Origin: an uncultured Myxococcales bacterium
GTDB lineage: Bacteria; Myxococcota_A; UBA9042
Assembly: GCA_903842345.1 (NCBI GenBank)
Contig: CAIMLR010000039.1
Span: forward strand, 140,268-204,267
Reading direction: 5' to 3'
Length of the DNA stretch: 64,000 bases
The position numbers and the translations under genes were made by a program. A model generated the notes under the pieces. That model made no database searches. It worked only from the letters and a program-made list of their open reading frames with translations, and was not told the origin of the DNA. This document shows positions 11,301 through 19,878 of this stretch, in pieces. Position 1 is the first letter of the stretch. Every line of letters begins with the position of its first letter.

Positions 11301-14300
11301 TCTCATCGACCGTGTTGCCACAGACTTCCGTAGCGCCGGGGTTGATGGCGGCGTTGGTGTCGTTGCAGTCGCCGCCGCCCTTTGTGCAAACCGCGGGCGT
11401 GCCGACGGTCGTCATGTTCGCGTCGCAGTACTGGTCCGCATCGTCGTCGCACCCTTCGTCGATGCCGGTGCCGGCGGAGACGCTGGCGATGACGTGCAGG
11501 TCGGTGTTGCCGCTGCCCAACAGCGTGTAGACGCCGGTCAGGCTTCCAGCGAACCAGGCCTGGCCGCTGGCGTACGGGTTGCTCGTGCCGCCGGAAATCG
11601 GCGAATCCTCGATAGTCGGGCTCCCGATGGGCGCCGGGCAGTTGAAGACGACGTAGTACGTCGCACCCGAGACGATGTTGGTACCGGCCGAGGCGGTGAA
11701 CGTAAACTTGGTGAACGCGCCCGAGGTGTTGGAAAGCGAAATCGAAACCTTGGAGCCGAGCAGCGTGCCGCCCGCACCCGGCAAACCGCCGGTGTAGACG
11801 TACATGTCGATGGCCTGGACAACCGTGCTCTTCGCGTAGAGGTCGACAGTGCCAAGGGCGCCGCTGTGCGTCGCGACGAGGGACTGGACGATGAAGCTGG
11901 AGAGCGCGTTGCTGTTGCCAGTGGCTGAAATCGCCACGTCAACCGACGGCGCGGCGCCCGCGCTGCAGTTGTTGTCCTTGCCGTCGCAGAGTTCATTGCC
12001 GCCGGGGTTGGTGTTCGGATCGGTGTCGTCACAGTCGCCGCCGCCGAGGATGCACACGTTGGGCGTGCCCACGACGGTCATCGCGCTATCGCAGAACTTG
12101 TCGCCGTCCTTGTTGCAGCCTTCATCGACCTTGCTGTTGCAGTTGTTGTCGATGTTGTCGCACTTCTCGGGCTTGCCCGGGTTCATGTTGGCGTTGGTGT
12201 CATCGCAGTCGCCCGACTGCGCGGCGGTGTACGGGGCCGTAGACGCGCACGTGCAGGCGCTGAGGCTGATGCCGTAGCCGTCGTTGTCGTTGTCGTAGTA
12301 GCGCACCGTGCAGCCCGTCGCGCCGTTCTCGTCGATGGTGCCGTCGCAGTTGTTGTCCTTGCCGTCACAGACTTCGGTCGCGGACGGATTGATCGACGCG
12401 CTTGTCTCGTCGCAGTCACCCAGCTTGGTCGCCTTGTACGAGCCGGCCACCGTGCACAAGCACTTGCCGGTCGAACCGCTGAGACCATAGGTGTCACTGT
12501 CGCCGTCAAAGTAGTACGTCGTGCAACCGGCCGCGTTCAGGTCGTTCTGGCTGCCGTTGCAGTTGTCGTCCAGGTTGTTGCCGCAAACTTCCGTCGCGCC
12601 CGGGTTCTGGTCGCTGTTGAGGTCGTCGCAGTCGCCGGCGCCCTTCGGGCAGATGGTCGGCAACGGGAAGATGACGGTGTAGGCCGCGTCGCAGTAGCCG
12701 TCCTTGTCGTCATCGCAGCCGTCGTCGGTCTTGCCGTTGCAGTTGTCGTCGATGTTGTCGCAGACTTCCTGGCTCTTGCCCTTGAAGACCGCCGCGTTGG
12801 TGTCATCGCAGTCGCCGCCGCCGTTCGGGCACTTGGTGACCGGACCGCTGAACTTCATGTTGGCGTCGCACTGACCGTCCGAGTCGTCGTCGCAACCTTC
12901 ATCGATCGTGCCGTTGCAGTTGTTGTCGAGGTTGTCGCAGATCTCCGTCGCGGCCGGGTTGACGGCCTTCTTGGAGTCGTCGCAATCCGCGCTGTTCGTC
13001 GCGGTGTACGTGCCGCTCGGCGAGCAGAACTTGGCCGAGAACGTGGAACCGTACGTATCGCCGTCCAGATCCTGGTAGAACGGCAGGCTGCCGAGCGCGT
13101 CCTGATCGTTCTGGCTGCCGTTGCAGTTGTCATCCTTGCCGTTGCCGCAGATTTCCGCCTTGCCCGGATTGACGTTCGCGTTGGTGTCGTCGCAATCGTT
13201 GATGCCGTTCTTGCAGATCGTCGGGTTGCCCACGATCGTCGCGCCGGTGTGGCAGTAGCCGTCGCCGTCGACATCGCAGCCTTCGTCAATCACCTTGTCG
13301 CAGTTGTTGTCGATGCCGTCGCAGATTTCCAATGAGCCCGGATTGATCGCCGGATCGCTCTCATTGCAGTCGCCCGGATTGATCGCCTTGTACTGGTTCA
13401 ACGGGACGCAGAGGCACTTGCTGGAGTTGGTGCCCCACTTGTCGCTGTCCGCGTCAAAGAAGAACGGCTGGCAGTCCTTGGCGTTCTGGTCGTTGTTGGA
13501 GCCGTTGCAGTTGTCGTCATACGCCGTGCCGCAGTCTTCCTGCACGCCGGGGTTGATCGTGGGCGCGGTGTCGTCGCAGTCGTTGCCGCCGTTCGGGCAC
13601 GCCGGCGGCTTGCCGATCGTGTACATGTTGGCGTCGCAGTAATCGTCGCCGTCATCGTCGCAGCCTTCGTCGACCTGGGCGTTGGAGTTGTTGTCCTTGC
13701 CGTCGCAGATTTCCTGACCAGCGGGGTTGATCGCCGGATCGGTGTCGTCGGTGTCGCCGGGGCCCGCCGGGCAGACGAGGATCGGCGCCTGGGTCGAGTC
13801 GTACGCCATGCTGGCGTCGCAGTACTTGTCGCCGTCGTCGTCGCAGCCCTCGTCGGTCTGGCCGTTGCAGTTGTCGTCGAGGTTGTTGCACTTCTCCGGG
13901 CTGCCCGGGTTGACGTTGGCGTCGGCGTCCTGGCAATCGCCGGGCTTGCTGGCGGTCAGGAGGCCGGAAGGCAAGCACTGGCAGGTGAACGGCGAGGTGC
14001 CGTAGCCGTCCGAGTCGATGTCCGTGTAGAAGTTGCTGCAGCCGAGCGCGCCCTGATCGTTGGCGTTGCCGTCGCAGTTGTCGTCGTACGTCGTGGCGCA
14101 CGTTTCAGCGACGCTCGGGTTCACATCGACGTTGGCGTCGTTGCAGTCGCCGGTCTTTGTCGCCTTGTACTGGCCGTTCGCGGTGCACAGGCACTTCGCG
14201 AGGCCCGCGCCAAACGTGTCGGAATCGACGTCGCGGTAGTACTGCACGCAGCCGCTGGCGTTTTCTTCGTCCTGGCCGTTGATGCAGTTGTCGTCTTTGC

Positions 14301-17300
14301 CGTTGCCGCAGATTTCCGGCATGCCGGGATTCACGGTCGAGTCGGTGTCATTGCAGTCGCCCACGCCCGCGAAGCACACCGCCGGCGTGCCCTTGACCGT
14401 GTACGTCGCGTCGCAGTAGCCGTCGCCGTCGTCGTCGCAACCTTCATCGACCGTGCCGTTGCAGTTGTTGTCGATGCCGTCGCAGATTTCCTTGGCGCAA
14501 GCCGGGTCGCCGCAGCAGGACGCCGGGTCCGCGCAGTCCGTCAGGTTGTTGCCGTTGTCGTCCGCGGCGTTCGTGCAGTTCTCACCGGCGTCGCAGCTGA
14601 CCACGATGTCGAACATGGCCGAGGCGGTTTCGCCCGCGACGTCGACGACGAAGTAGTAGAGCTGGTCCTTGCCCGCGGCGAACGTGACCGTGTTGCTGAC
14701 GCCGCCAAAGCCGACGCAGCCGTCCGGATCGCAGCCCTTGCTCGTCGCCTTGATGATGAACAGGCGCGCCGTCGGATCCGACACGTTGGAGAGCGTGACC
14801 GTGACCGGGCGCGACTGCGCGCTCTTGTACGTGAACGCCACTTCATGGCCGAGGTAGCTGTTGGTCGGATCGCACGTGTAGGTCGTCACCGCGTTGGTCG
14901 ACGCGCCGCCGTTGGTCACGATCTTGGCCGCGCTCTCGCCACAGCCGAGCGCCGTGTCGCCGCCGCAGAGGCAGGTGTTGGAGTTGCTGCATTCGCCAGC
15001 GGTGCAGGTGTCCGCGGTGCAGCTGTTGCCGTCGTTGCAGTCCGAGTTCTTGACGCAGCTGCCAAAGCCGTTGGCGAAGAAGGCGAGGATCGCCTTCATC
15101 ATCGTGTCCGGCGTGTCCGTGTTGGCCAGGATGCCGGCGAACGGAACGGACGACGCGATGGTGCGGTACTTCGACGTCAGGTCATCGTGACCGACCATGA
15201 CCGTGAACTTCTCAATGCCCGTGTTGACCAACAGGTCGCGGGTGCGCTGCACGGACGTGTCCGAGGCGATCTGGTCGTTCAGGTTGTCGTAGGTCGAGTC
15301 CTGGTTGAAATTCCACTGCATGTTCGTCGACGGATTGACCGTGTTGTTGGCGAACGCAGCGTAGCCCGTCAGCGGACCCGTCACGCCATTGGGCGCTTCA
15401 TCGAGCACGCCTTTGGCTTTGAAGAACGGATGCAGCGTCGTCTTCGGGTCGTACATGAAGGTGTCGCCGCCTTCCATGTACACCTTGCCGCCCTGCGCGA
15501 GGTACAGTTTGAGGCTCGTGGTCTCCGATTCCGACAGCACGTGGTTGTCCGGGTAGTTGCCCAGCAGGACGAACACGGACGAGAACTTGTTCAGGGACGG
15601 GTACAGCGCGAGGTCGCTGATGACCTGATTGATCTGGCCCTGCTTGATGAGCGCGGCCTTCACCGGGTCGCTCATCGCGGTCGGGACTTCCGTCGGCCGC
15701 CAAACGAGGACGCCGCCCTGATAGGTCACGGTCACCTTGAAGGTGCACGTGTGGTACAGGTAGCCGTCCGAGACCTTGAGGCCAAGCGTGTACTCGCCCA
15801 CGTCCTGCACGCCAGTCGGCGCGATGGTGATCGTGCCGTTCCAGCTCTTGTCGACAAAGTAGTAGTTCATCTGCGAACCGACGATGAACGACGGGGCGCC
15901 CGTGAGCGTCGCGGTGACGACGTCGCCCGCATCCGGATCCTTGACCTTGATCGGCAGGATGATCTTGCTGCCGGTCGGCACGACCTGGTTGGCCGGGCAC
16001 GCGGTGATGACGGGCGCGCCACCCTTGACGACGCACACGTTGTCGATGGCGTACGAGGACAGGTTGAACGTCGAGGTGCCGGAGACGCAGAACGCGAGGC
16101 GCAGGCCGTTGGAGCCAACGAGCGAGGCGGGCAGCTTCAGGTCGACGGTTTCCGGGCCCACGCCGCTTGTGGTCGTGAATGAGTCGATGACCGTCGCGGT
16201 CTGCCAGTCGGCGTACGTGCCGTCGAGCGAACCGAGGATGCGGATGCCGGTTTCACCGACGTTCGGAATGAATTCGCGATCGTACTGGATGGTGATGGCG
16301 CTGGTGCCCGAGCCGAGGAAGACCGGCGACTGGAGGCACGTGTCATAGCCAACCTTGGTCGGCGTCCAGTTGAACTGGGCGAAGCGGTCGGGGCCGAGGT
16401 TGCCGGTCGTGGCGGTGTTCCAGTTGCTCGCCGCGGTGCCGCTGACGTTGGCCGGATCCCAGCCGAGCGTGGCGAGGTCGCTGCTCTGGCTGAAGTCCTG
16501 GCAGTAGCTGAGGTTCACGGTGCATGCGGCCTTTTTGGTGGCCTGGCAGGCGAGCGTGCCGTCGGTCTGCTGCAGGCACTTGCCCTGCGTGCAGTCGCTG
16601 TTGAAGGACGCGCACTCGGTCGCTTCATTGAGCGGGTTGCAGCACACGGAGACGCCGGCGACGGTGTCCGTGTGGTAGCAGGTGCTGGCGATGCACGCAT
16701 CCGCGGTGCAGGCTTTGGCGTCGTCGCAGTCCGTCTTGTCGATGCAGCAGCCGGCGATCGGCGTGTGCGTCGGGAGACCGTTGACGCACGTGTCGGCCGT
16801 GCACTTGTTGGCGTCGTCGAAGGAAGCCAGGTTGGTCGGCGTGCAGATCGAGCACGGCGGCGTCAGCGTGTACTGGCACGTGCCGGTCGGCTGGCCGCTG
16901 ACGATGTTGCACTTGTCCGCCGAGCAGGAAACGCCGTCATCGCAAGCCGCGTCGTTCACGCAGCAGCCGGTCGCCGGCGTGCTGTGGCGGCACTGGTTGT
17001 TCTGGCAGTATTCCACCGTGCAGGGGTTGGAGTCGTCGCACTTGGTCAGCGCGTCCTTGTCGTTCAGGCAGCAATCCGCCTTGACGCCAAACGCGCAGAA
17101 GTGGGTCGTCAAGTCGCACGTCGCCGTGTGGCACGTCGCGAGGTACGGGTTGGTCGCCTTGTCGGCGGCGGCGCAGAACGTGTCCGTCGTGCAGCAGTTC
17201 TGAATCAGCGGGTGCGAGCAGGCGCCGCAGCCGTCGGCATTCAGGTTGCAGACGTCCTGCGTGCACGGCGCGCCGTCGTCACAGTCGAGGTCCACTTTGC

Positions 17301-19065
17301 ACGCGTACGGGTTGGCCTTGTGCGTGCAGTGATTGGTCGAGTCGCACGCGTCGTTGGTCGAGCAGTCGCCGTCGTCGCAGCCGGCGCCGGAGTCACAGCA
17401 GGTGCTGTCGCCGTTCGGAACGTTGACGCAGGTGTGCTGGGTCAGATCGCAGCTGTCGATCGTGCAGAACAGCTTGTCGTTGCACGCTGAAGCCGCATTG
17501 CTGGAGTCACAGCAGCCCGCGACGGGCAAGCCGAGGCACTGGTGGTTCACGCACACATCGGCGGTGCAGTACTTGCCGTCGTTGCAGTCCGTGTCGATGT
17601 CGCAGCAGCCGTTGAACAGGCCAACGTGCTTGCAGGTGTTGATCGGCGCGTCGCAGTAGTCGCTCGTGCAGTACAAGCCGTCATCGCATTCTTTGTTGAT
17701 GTTGCAGCAACCGGCGACCGCATCGTGATGGCAGAACTGGTTCGGCACGTCGCAGGAGTCATTGGTGCACAGATTGTTGTCGTCGCACATCGCGTTGTTC
17801 TGGCAGCATTCCGTGTTCTTGGTGTGCTGGCACTGGTTGTTGACGCACTTGTCCAACGTGCAGGGCTGGCCGTCGTCGCACAGGTCGATCAGCGGATCGC
17901 AGCAATTCGAGTCGGTCTTGTTGTGCGTGCACTGCGTCCAGCCGCCGGGCATGGCGGTGGTGCAAGCGTCCACGGTGCAAGCGTTTTTGTCGTCGCAGGT
18001 GGTGTTGCTCGTCGCGGAGCAGCAGTCGGGCTTGAAGTAGCTGTCCGCCGTGTAACGGCACTGGAACGCGATGCAGCCGCCGACTTTGCAGACGTCGTCC
18101 GACGCGCACTCGCTGTCGGCGCAGCACGCGCCCGCGGGCTGAACGTGATTGCAGACACCGATGCCGCCGCCGCTGGGCAGGACGCATGCGTCCGTGGTGC
18201 AGGGCTTGCCGTCGGAGCAGGCGTCCGTCGACTTGGTGCAGCAGTTGGGGTCGCTCTTGTTGTGCGTGCAGACGCCCTTGACGCCGCTCAGGTCGCACTT
18301 GTCGGTGGAGCAGGCGTCGCCGTCGTCGCAGTTCGCGTCGGTCAAGCACGCCGAGCACTGGGAATTCTGGGTGTTCGGGTTGATGCAGTTGCTGCCCGCG
18401 GAGCAGTCGAAATTGGACGTGCAGCAGTTCGGGACGATCTGGACCACGCACGTGCCAGCCTGGCAGTACTCGCCGGTGCAGGCGTCGCCGTCATCGCAGT
18501 CGGCGTCTTTGCCGCAGGGCGCAGTGATCTTGACCTGACGCACGCCTTGCGCGGCGCCGGTGGCGTCAAACAGGTCCTGACCCGTCGCGTCCAGCAGCAC
18601 GCAAGCCAGCGTGTGGCCGCCCTTCTTCAGGCCGGTAAACGTGACCGGCGAGCCCACCGTGAAGGTGCCAAAGAGGATGCCATCGACGTAGCAATGCACC
18701 TCGTTGCCGGTGTAGTTCGTCGTCGTGTACGCAAAGTCCACGTTGGTCGTGCCAGCGTTCGTGGACACCGGGAACGCAGCCTGGTTGGCCGGCGCGCTCA
18801 CCGCAATCGTCGGCGTGGTCAGTGCGAAGGTCTCGACACCGAACTCAGCGTCCACGCCAATCGCGACGTCCGGCGTTGCCGGCTTCTCCGTCGAAGGCGT
18901 TTGACCAGCGCAGCCGGCTAGACCCGCAGTCAGGAGCGACAACGCCAAAAACGCACCAAACTTGGCAAAGCCAAGTCCGAAGCGTTTCGACGACCGTTCG
19001 TCCTGTGTGCGGTGGGCAGTAGAGAGCCCCGGGCTACACATGCGCGCAATGTGCTGGTTCCGCAT
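5335..19065 (-). CDS. Giant (~4,580 aa) Cys/Asp-rich repeat lipoprotein with putative metal-binding repeats, Dictyostelium-type Cys repeats and Ig-like, LTD-like and other beta domains
   Basis: Uninterrupted ORF; ATG at 19065 with AAGAGGA RBS; lipobox LAG-C (Cys codon 18912-18910). About 17 CDDGxxCTxDxC repeats, about 30 ExCDGxDNNC.G..DE repeats, and a VINEIHY LTD-like motif. Confidence 0.9.
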   Translation of the reverse strand: MRNQHIARMCSPGLSTAHRTQDERSSKRFGLGFAKFGAFLALSLLTAGLAGCAGQTPSTEKPATPDVAIGVDAEFGVETFALTTPTIAVSAPANQAAFPVSTNAGTTNVDFAYTTTNYTGNEVHCYVDGILFGTFTVGSPVTFTGLKKGGHTLACVLLDATGQDLFDATGAAQGVRQVKITAPCGKDADCDDGDACTGEYCQAGTCVVQIVPNCCTSNFDCSAGSNCINPNTQNSQCSACLTDANCDDGDACSTDKCDLSGVKGVCTHNKSDPNCCTKSTDACSDGKPCTTDACVLPSGGGIGVCNHVQPAGACCADSECASDDVCKVGGCIAFQCRYTADSYFKPDCCSATSNTTCDDKNACTVDACTTAMPGGWTQCTHNKTDSNCCDPLIDLCDDGQPCTLDKCVNNQCQHTKNTECCQNNAMCDDNNLCTNDSCDVPNQFCHHDAVAGCCNINKECDDGLYCTSDYCDAPINTCKHVGLFNGCCDIDTDCNDGKYCTADVCVNHQCLGLPVAGCCDSSNAASACNDKLFCTIDSCDLTQHTCVNVPNGDSTCCDSGAGCDDGDCSTNDACDSTNHCTHKANPYACKVDLDCDDGAPCTQDVCNLNADGCGACSHPLIQNCCTTDTFCAAADKATNPYLATCHTATCDLTTHFCAFGVKADCCLNDKDALTKCDDSNPCTVEYCQNNQCRHSTPATGCCVNDAACDDGVSCSADKCNIVSGQPTGTCQYTLTPPCSICTPTNLASFDDANKCTADTCVNGLPTHTPIAGCCIDKTDCDDAKACTADACIASTCYHTDTVAGVSVCCNPLNEATECASFNSDCTQGKCLQQTDGTLACQATKKAACTVNLSYCQDFSQSSDLATLGWDPANVSGTAASNWNTATTGNLGPDRFAQFNWTPTKVGYDTCLQSPVFLGSGTSAITIQYDREFIPNVGETGIRILGSLDGTYADWQTATVIDSFTTTSGVGPETVDLKLPASLVGSNGLRLAFCVSGTSTFNLSSYAIDNVCVVKGGAPVITACPANQVVPTGSKIILPIKVKDPDAGDVVTATLTGAPSFIVGSQMNYYFVDKSWNGTITIAPTGVQDVGEYTLGLKVSDGYLYHTCTFKVTVTYQGGVLVWRPTEVPTAMSDPVKAALIKQGQINQVISDLALYPSLNKFSSVFVLLGNYPDNHVLSESETTSLKLYLAQGGKVYMEGGDTFMYDPKTTLHPFFKAKGVLDEAPNGVTGPLTGYAAFANNTVNPSTNMQWNFNQDSTYDNLNDQIASDTSVQRTRDLLVNTGIEKFTVMVGHDDLTSKYRTIASSVPFAGILANTDTPDTMMKAILAFFANGFGSCVKNSDCNDGNSCTADTCTAGECSNSNTCLCGGDTALGCGESAAKIVTNGGASTNAVTTYTCDPTNSYLGHEVAFTYKSAQSRPVTVTLSNVSDPTARLFIIKATSKGCDPDGCVGFGGVSNTVTFAAGKDQLYYFVVDVAGETASAMFDIVVSCDAGENCTNAADDNGNNLTDCADPASCCGDPACAKEICDGIDNNCNGTVDEGCDDDGDGYCDATYTVKGTPAVCFAGVGDCNDTDSTVNPGMPEICGNGKDDNCINGQDEENASGCVQYYRDVDSDTFGAGLAKCLCTANGQYKATKTGDCNDANVDVNPSVAETCATTYDDNCDGNANDQGALGCSNFYTDIDSDGYGTSPFTCQCLPSGLLTASKPGDCQDADANVNPGSPEKCNNLDDNCNGQTDEGCDDDGDKYCDASMAYDSTQAPILVCPAGPGDTDDTDPAINPAGQEICDGKDNNSNAQVDEGCDDDGDDYCDANMYTIGKPPACPNGGNDCDDTAPTINPGVQEDCGTAYDDNCNGSNNDQNAKDCQPFFFDADSDKWGTNSSKCLCVPLNQYKAINPGDCNESDPAINPGSLEICDGIDNNCDKVIDEGCDVDGDGYCHTGATIVGNPTICKNGINDCDDTNANVNPGKAEICGNGKDDNCNGSQNDQDALGSLPFYQDLDGDTYGSTFSAKFCSPSGTYTATNSADCDDSKKAVNPAATEICDNLDNNCNGTIDEGCDDDSDGQCDANMKFSGPVTKCPNGGGDCDDTNAAVFKGKSQEVCDNIDDNCNGKTDDGCDDDKDGYCDAAYTVIFPLPTICPKGAGDCDDLNSDQNPGATEVCGNNLDDNCNGSQNDLNAAGCTTYYFDGDSDTYGLSGSTGKCLCTVAGSYKATKLGDCDETSASINPSATEVCDGKDNNCDGTIDENGATGCTVRYYDNDNDGYGISLSACTCASTAPYTAAQSGDCDDTNANMNPGKPEKCDNIDNNCNSKVDEGCNKDGDKFCDSAMTVVGTPNVCILGGGDCDDTDPNTNPGGNELCDGKDNNCSAGAAPSVDVAISATGNSNALSSFIVQSLVATHSGALGTVDLYAKSTVVQAIDMYVYTGGLPGAGGTLLGSKVSISLSNTSGAFTKFTFTASAGTNIVSGATYYVVFNCPAPIGSPTIEDSPISGGTSNPYASGQAWFAGSLTGVYTLLGSGNTDLHVIASVSAGTGIDEGCDDDADQYCDANMTTVGTPAVCTKGGGDCNDTNAAINPGATEVCGNTVDENCSGGYNDLNAQGCTQFFADYDGDTYGKGSSSFQKAVINEIHYSSTTFAGSTAQDSMEILVTADWTITDLATIYFGDSSTSGAAKVGAFHLNLGALGITTLKAGTIINVGGKGIIGTEDTAYNPATGDWNLQLYTDGAYVLTDASGADFAGADVAWVDTSLSGTTSIDSWAWSTAKPGFGKAQINTAPTVAVPYVQFVGDISGVDVATNYVAGGSGTPGQPNGGKNTSFVTFLRTLSLSGAGQCLCTGVAPYTSSKGGDCDDGNYLASPGLPELCDGIDNNCNGIADEGCDDDGDGYCDSTMTTIGSPTICPSGGGDCNDTNSAVHPNATDICGNATDFNCDGVAGSVGGSGCINYYWDGDSDGVGVNVSQCVCVATGKYTSLLNTDCDDTNANVSPLKTEDCLTAYDDNCNGTTNDVGAANCIPFYKDADLDGYGANSAANQCQCAAQGQYVASAAGDCDDTKVSVNPGATEICDAIDNNCNVTGGTTYFADVTQPVSTLVTHSLTNFVGQTFVAQHTGQLSSVDVYVKTTQTINLDMFVYTLGLPTAGGVQIGTTQTISVPTYGSATKVTFTISGAINVTAGATYGLIFHTTTATGQLISDNNTNPYASGTESFAATLTGAYSAYAGPADLQINVNVGVTGAGTTVDEGCDDDADLYCDATMYITSTATCTKTTKPAVGSTKLGDDCNDNAASANPGGTEICDGIDNNCDGVTDDGCDADKDGYCATTKTVAAGGFGAGTACFNQASAGSGTDCNDANSSVYPGKTEICDGVDNNCNGTTDESCDKDGDKYCDAALTTVGTPAACIFGGGDCNDSSATINPGAVELCDSIDNNCVGGTDEGCNDLDGDGYCNGVQSAGGKCPNGGGDCNDANNLINPGRAEDCSTAYDDNCNGLTNEVGAANCTAWYVDADQDGYGSNAAASVCECRQSAVGAVPNYSASITGDCDDTKATVNPGATEICDGLDNNCNVGASGTPVNDVVIPGLATPGTNSLNNYVAQALKAANTGSLTSVTIYINTVNVASAVDLFIFKGGAPGVGTQITKVTQTVTANGLSAATFPIASGVVSLATNDVYYVVFHPQATVTGGTFERNTTGTSDATSAYPNGYASFAAAGGALPTSGTYAAFGSAGVFNVDVRLTTVITPAASGVVTIDENCDVDNDKHCAVGKLVTATALCISNSPFPTGSTTATGDDCNDNNAAVYVGAVEVCDNVDNNCVGGIDEVCDVDNDDYCANTAIIASGVLVSTCVSSGTGTGAVGNDCNDGAANIHPGAAIVEDCATPGVDENCDGTDNNQNGKNCLTFYNDTDGDGWGVAAQPQCWCRATGTYSSQTVNDCDDTNPAIKGGGVTEVCDNKDNNCNGVTDEGCDDDKDGYCDATMTKTAVTVTACALTPAASLVGNDCDDTTKNVNPGMTEMCDGLDNNCNASTDENCDKDGDHYCDKNLVTVGTPASCNLGGGDCNDTAGATGLSINPGKLELCGDSLDNNCNGATDEQNASGCVNYFFDGDQDGYPINSSQCMCANNLQSLLYTVAQNGALLLGGTPTAGTTLDCNDNPAAGGADAFPTHAEWCDGLDNNCVTGVDELCDKDGDTYCDSAKVTKGLPTVCTKGGGDCNDSVASVNPGATESCDGVDQNCNGVVDDNAANWCTSGAGPLSGAANNATVACTAGVCQVTACAAGFANTNGTALPCNVGQTGCSDGCECNVNDAFEPANNTCPGVQLAPALGNTLSDLGNLNMGGGNYGQKATISGSLILGTDNDWYYFYAADAADYGVNLQYDLYTVRAWFPSNPTSAVMEVFRGSSTSQLCPGSAGANAVQFQNGAGKPAWFTPTPSGYAAPSSSTPAGWNQVCCGDTDFWWYTSGNTYRGGSYQFSNALSEYGEFPCWSGDSYDTGNCQAYPNNGSNCYNAPTTGYAAYWYANASYIAPNAYTGHGAFPYGYDLRRCADDSAWYAIHIYRPTGTDAAICAPYSLEVSNGLYPAQRNDQGRSGW

Positions 19066-19878
19066 CGCATTCCTCTTGACGACAGATTCCGGCAAAGGGA
19101 GGGCGCATTCAGCAGTGGCATGGCGGGGAGATATGTGCGGGTTTCGGCTCGTGCGGCATCGCGTGATGCTACCGGTTCGATTCCCACTGGCTTCGTCTAC
19201 CTGTGTCAGCAAGCGTCGCCGCTTGTCGTTATCGCCGCGCATGTTCAGCGCAGCTCAGGTGTCAGAAACCACTCCCTGCTCTCGGCTGGCAGCCATCGAA
19301 ACCGCAGGTTGGCCTTTCCTGCGGAGGTGTACTCGATGGGCGTCCAGTCGCACTTGCCGTCGGTCTTCGCCTGCCTCCGATATGGAGACGTCTTGAAGAC
19401 TTTTTGCACCCTAACTCGTTGGAATGTCCTGTCGTATCGGCACTGTTGCAGGGGGATCGCAACCGTAACTCGTTCCGTCGCACGATGCGGGCTGTTTCGG
19501 GCCTGGCAGCCGTCCACAGATTCATCGTCGGCAGCGAATTCTCAAGCGCCCGTTGGGGAAGCGCGGGACGATTTGCACCGTCTCGCGCCGTCGGAGCGCC
19601 ACTTGCAGTCGTCGTTGAAACCCCGTCCAACGGTCGACTACACGGAATTCGGGATTCGGAGGCTCGCCTGCGTCAACCTGGGGTGGTTGAGCGGTCAAAC
19701 CCGTCGCTGTTGCGGATCAGGCAGTTGCGACGGCGACCGGTAACGGGGCGCTCTCGACGCCAAGTACCGGTCCTCCATCGTTGACGTTAGCAAAGCAACT
19801 ACCGGAACGCAAGCAGAAGCAACGTGTCCATGGGCTTTGGCCAAATGCGCCGGAGTTTTGTCGCGTCGCCGCTTGGGT

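Noticed and set aside
5122..11928. 2268-aa plus-strand ORF
   Set aside because: Antisense shadow of the giant lipoprotein. Its V/A/R-rich translation reflects GC3 bias and has no motifs.
19170..19190. GGTTCGATTCC resembling a tRNA T-arm
   Set aside because: The flanking stem does not pair beyond about 2 bp, and no cloverleaf can be built.
19066..19878. Small ORFs as candidate HxsA precursor
   Set aside because: None has His-x-Ser repeats, a convincing RBS or typical codon usage.
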